Origin: Selaginella moellendorffii
Taxonomy: Eukaryota > Plantae > Lycopodiophyta
Direction of reading: 5' to 3'
DNA: 64,000 nucleotides
NCBI RefSeq assembly: GCF_000143415.4
Contig: NW_003314262.1
Location: 5,287,876-5,351,875 of the forward strand
The translations under genes were made by a program, and so were the position numbers. Shown here in pieces: positions 59,964 to 64,000 of this stretch. The notes below the pieces were generated by a model. It was given only the letters and a program-made list of their open reading frames with translations, was not told where the DNA came from and ran no database searches. Position 1 is the first letter of the stretch. Every line of letters begins with the position of its first letter.

Positions 59964-62773
59964 AAGCCTTAAAGTTACATTTAGCATGATTGTGCCACAA
60001 TAAATCCATACCAAGGATTAGGTCAACAACTTGACTCGGCACCACCCGCAACAACTACAGCTCAAGCTCAAAATTGCCCATACATACAATTAAGTCCACA
60101 TCACTTCGTGCATATACATGTGTACGACTGTTGCCATAAAGAATAAAAACTAGCTCTACCAAATTGTAGTGCACGTGGTTTTGACCCTTTATCCTATGGT
60201 GATTTACCATAGGATAACACCACGAAGCGGAACCTAAACCCTCTTTGTGCTACGTGACAGATGCCACATATCACATGCCACATGTCCAAAGGAACGTGGT
60301 GCGAAACTCAAGGTTCAGGGCCTTGGGCTACTGAACGAAGGAACGGTGCCAAACTCCCAAGCGTGGAGCCAAGGAGTGATGGAACCGAACCACGGAGCAA
60401 CTCTCGAGCATATAGCCTAAGGAGCAAAGGGACAAGAGCCCAGAGCGACTTGGAATAGTCCTGGAGCAATCAACTTCCCAATGCCAGGACCAGTATGCAA
60501 AACGGAGCCAAACGGAGTGTGGCACTATTTCAGCATACCAGTAGCCTAACATGAGGATATGGGTACTCCACCAGCTAGTATGGAATGGAACTTGGGCTTA
60601 GACCCAAGCCGGACACAGAACAAGGATAGGCACGCAAGCAGGAGTTAGACTATGCCTCAGGTTGGTCAGCCATGCCCGACCTACCCACTATCCCTACTGT
60701 ACATTTGGAACCCCCCATAACCCCGCCGCCCCACACACCCCCCCCCCCCCCCCCTTGAGGAGGAACACAGGCTTTGGGCTTTCACCCCAAGCCTCCCTTA
60801 GTATTAGGAGTTAGTCTTTGGGACAAGCTCGAAACTTACTAAATATGGAATGTTCCTAGATTGTGAATTTGGACACGAGATGAACACCATTGTGTTCAGG
60901 CCGATCTCTACATTCCGTAGATATGCCAAATGAGCAAACCTGGACACTTTCCATAAATAGCATTTAGGACTGAAATGAGACTAACACAAAGGGCATGATA
61001 GCGAGGGTGTTTGGCAGACACGGTAAGCTATCATGTAGCGATATTGAGGGACTAATTTTAATACGCGAGGGTTCTTGTCACTAGCAAGTGCAAGACAAAA
61101 CGAGACGGGAACTCTTTACCGGGCTAAGTATGCTTAGTTAATAACACGTAGGAATTCCGTCCTTATGCTCGTCCGGTCTAAGTACACTCGAAATGCCCAG
61201 TTAACTCCACTAGCACAAGAGGGACTGATAAAGGGTCTAGCAATACCGACCTCCTACCGTCGTGGTAGTAAAGTAAGAGTGTCCGTAAGGACTAATCGAC
61301 AGGTAACTTTCGATACCCAAAGTCACATTCGCGACACAAACTATACAAATATAAATAATAACATGTAACAACAGATTGAGTAATAGAGGATAAACTCAAG
61401 TTTATATCCACTAACATAGAATAATAGGAGATATTTTATTATTAAAATGATATTGGAAAATAAACACTAGATAAATTAGTGTTAAGTGAACCTTTTGATG
61501 ATACTCTCAAAAGAAAGATGGAAGGGTCACTGATTTATTCATGCAAAGACCCTCTACTACTTGTGTGACTCCTCATTTCTCAGAAACATCTTAGTGTCTA
61601 AACCTTCCACTACAGTAACATCAATAAGATGTTGTTGATGCCAAAGTTTTCACCTAGGAAATGGAAGTCGTTAATCTAGAAAATGATGATAATACCAATA
61701 AGTGTAACCAACTTTATCACATACCCAACAACAAACATCACAACTATGATCACATTTTCACCTTTGTCTTTGAATTCCGGCAACAATAACATTAATTTCT
61801 ATTGGAATAGGACTATCTCCTATAAAAAGTGGAGTTAAAGGATATGTAGTGAGAAGTGGAAAAAGTGATGTTTCATAATATTGTGCTAAGCAAAGAGTAA
61901 CATCAAGAGTAGCAGTAATATAAATATTACAATATATTAACAAAGTGTTGGCCACAACATTCCCAACTTGATCCGTTCCGACATTTTTAGCTCCATATAA
62001 AGTAAGAGGTTTTGGAAATGAATGCAAAATTGCATTACTGAATTAGATGGTCCTTGATGAAGACAATACAATTGTTAAAAGGTATTCTCATAATTATTAA
62101 CATGTCCAAATGCATGCTTGAAGATGTTCAAAAGAATGCTTTAATCCTCAAAAGTGGTTATGTTCAAACCATTATACAACTGTAATGTTATCCCTTAAAA
62201 ACTGTGGGAAATTCATGAAAATGCCAAATATCATCCCAAAAATGATATATAGCAATCATTATAAAGTGATTGAACCAATGGTACACATCATCCCCAAGAC
62301 TTCCATAGAAGAAATCTAGCTAGACACAAGGATTGACACCAAGAGCAAGAGGAGTTGTATTATGTGCTGTGAATGTCATTATCAACTAAGTTTGATTATT
62401 CAACTGTAATCATATACATTGAACAATTGCATGAATTACTACTCCAAAGTCAAAACAAGAGGAGGCTACTGCTTTGCCAAGAAGATGAACAAAAAAGAAA
62501 AAGTAAAAGAGAAGAAATTAACAAAACTATAAGGAAAAGAAGATCTAAATAATACAAAAGCTAAATTTAAATTAAAATCCCAAATCCAAACACTGTTGAA
62601 AGACAATCAAAATTGCCTCCACTAATGAGTGCATGGAATATGGAAATAGAATACAAAAATGTGCATTTCAATTAGCCTAAAGTTTTAATTTATATATAGG
62701 AGCAAATGGTCTGGATTGAAATAAATCTAACAGCTATCAAAATCCCACTACACTAATATTACTTGGCCCTCAA
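59964..62773 (-). mobile_element. Second decayed copy of the gypsy element (same family as 1-2741), interrupted by a solo LTR
   Basis: 59964-60164 aligns with about 1022-1222, and 61337-62773 aligns with about 1218-2741. Confidence 0.85.
60165..61336. mobile_element. Solo LTR (1172 bp) nested in the gypsy remnant
   Basis: Ends TGT...ACA, flanked by caaat (60160-60164) and caaac (61337-61341). Removing it restores collinearity with the copy at about 1212-1260. Confidence 0.8.
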
Positions 62774-63269
62774 AGATTTATCTAATACAGTTTAATAGAA
62801 AATTTCTTTTACTCTTATTTGTTGTACTTCTAATACTTTTCAAAATAACAAAACTTGGTTGGAGAGGGAAAAACTTAAAACAACTTGAGAATGGACATGA
62901 AGTATTGTCCTGGAATAGATCTCTCCACCTCCTCAAGAGACTTTACATTGTAGTCTACCACACTGCCAAATTTGAGGAGGGACTGGGGCAGCAGTCATTG
63001 GAAGGATACTCACGCAGCTTAATTACGAGCACTGATGTTGTATAGTTTCTGGAACAAAGAAAGAAAGGATTTAGAGTTTTGTCCCTGCAATTGTGTTTTG
63101 AGGCTGGAGTGCTCAAGGACGGGGTGTGCGATGACGGAGGTTGTCGAGGCGAGCAGGATGTGGAGCTTTCCCAATCTCGCCACTTCGAGCGAGGGGTTGG
63201 GTTCCCCAAATACGTTTTCAATTTAACTGTGAAATTGAGTCAGGGTTAGGGCTCTTGAGCTAGGGTTTG

Positions 63270-63758
63270 ATGGCGTGGGCGAGGGCGATTGGCGGCTTAT
63301 GCAGGCGCGCGGGCAGCGGCCGCTTAGATTCTCTTTCCAACCCAGGATTCCAGCGGATTTCTAGCTTGTTTGGCCAAAGGGGCTACTGCGCGCCGGTGGC
63401 AGCGCCACTGTCAGATAATTCGGCGGCACCGGCGCTGGCCTACGAGCTCAAGTCCTCGCTCAAGTCTTCGCCGCGGCACGATTTGGCGATGATCTACACT
63501 TGCACGAAGTGTAACACGCGATCGGCCAAGACGTTTAGCAGGGAAACGTACGACAGTGGGGTGGTGATTGTCCGGTGTGGGGGATGTAGCAATCTCCACC
63601 TCATCGCGGACAGACTTGGGATGTTTGGGGACAAGGGGAGCATTGAGGATTTTCTAGCGGAGAGAGGTGAGAAGGTGAAGAGGGAGTCTGAGGATACGTA
63701 TGAGTTTGCGCTCGAGGATTTAGTTGGAGCAAAATCCAGTGAAAATTCTCGGGACTAG
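63270..63758 (+). CDS. DNL-type zinc finger / Hsp70 escort protein (Hep1/Tim15-like), probably mitochondrial; intronless
   Basis: SPRHDLAMIYTCTKCNTRS.KTFSR..Y..GVVIVRCGGCSNLHLIADRLG.FG, with an Arg-rich presequence. Confidence 0.92.
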   Translation: MAWARAIGGLCRRAGSGRLDSLSNPGFQRISSLFGQRGYCAPVAAPLSDNSAAPALAYELKSSLKSSPRHDLAMIYTCTKCNTRSAKTFSRETYDSGVVIVRCGGCSNLHLIADRLGMFGDKGSIEDFLAERGEKVKRESEDTYEFALEDLVGAKSSENSRD

Positions 63759-63789
63759 TTTCTAGTCGATTCTTGCTTAGAATCAAGTC

Positions 63790-64000
63790 TACAGTTCAGT
63801 TGCCCACTCTCGCATCCCGGTAGCATAGCGTTTGACGACACTATCCTGCATGCCCACCAGTGTGGTTTGCACGTAACGTCTTGAGCGCCTGTCCAGAAAC
63901 TTTGGCTTGTCTTTCGGATTCTTCTTGGCGCAGCGCAACCAGAAGAGTCGCCCATCCTATCAAACAGCTCCAAAGCCAGACGATCCTCCGATTTCGACGT
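63790..64000 (-). pseudogene. Decayed PPR fragment running off the right edge
   Basis: LALELFDRM, YVQTTLVGM and IVSSNAML in shifting frames. Confidence 0.5.

Noticed and set aside
62880-63230. Gene fragment divergent from the zf-DNL gene
   Set aside because: It looks exon-like but no frame could be assigned to a family.

Overview
Gene-dense plant nuclear DNA. Very short introns (about 45-75 nt), PLS-class PPR genes and the gene set suggest the lycophyte Selaginella; this is an inference from style, not verified. Intact-looking genes: a 1305-codon PLS-E PPR ORF, a small secreted 8-Cys protein, an FMN/heme split-barrel protein, plastid-type RPS13, two tRNA-Asn(GTT), peroxisomal SDR IBR1/SDRA, an LRR-malectin receptor kinase, an Ayr1-like SDR, dynamin DRP2, a bestrophin/VCCN channel, a GW2/DA2 RING ligase, two convergent PR-1/CAP genes, one intact GH3, OEP7-like, SG1-like TPR, CacyBP/SIP and zf-DNL. 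There are many decayed duplicates (three PPR fragments, IBR1, GH3, an LRR gene) and two related Ty3/gypsy remnants, one carrying a nested solo LTR. The most notable structure is a 5.6 kb insertion (47700-53333) that splits a GH3 pseudogene at one nucleotide junction. It carries three intron-containing host-gene fragments, a ~100 bp direct repeat and an intact spliced gene for a Uma2/PD-(D/E)xK-type nuclease-fold protein. This is a candidate nuclease-bearing, gene-capturing mobile unit. Exon boundaries were read by eye.
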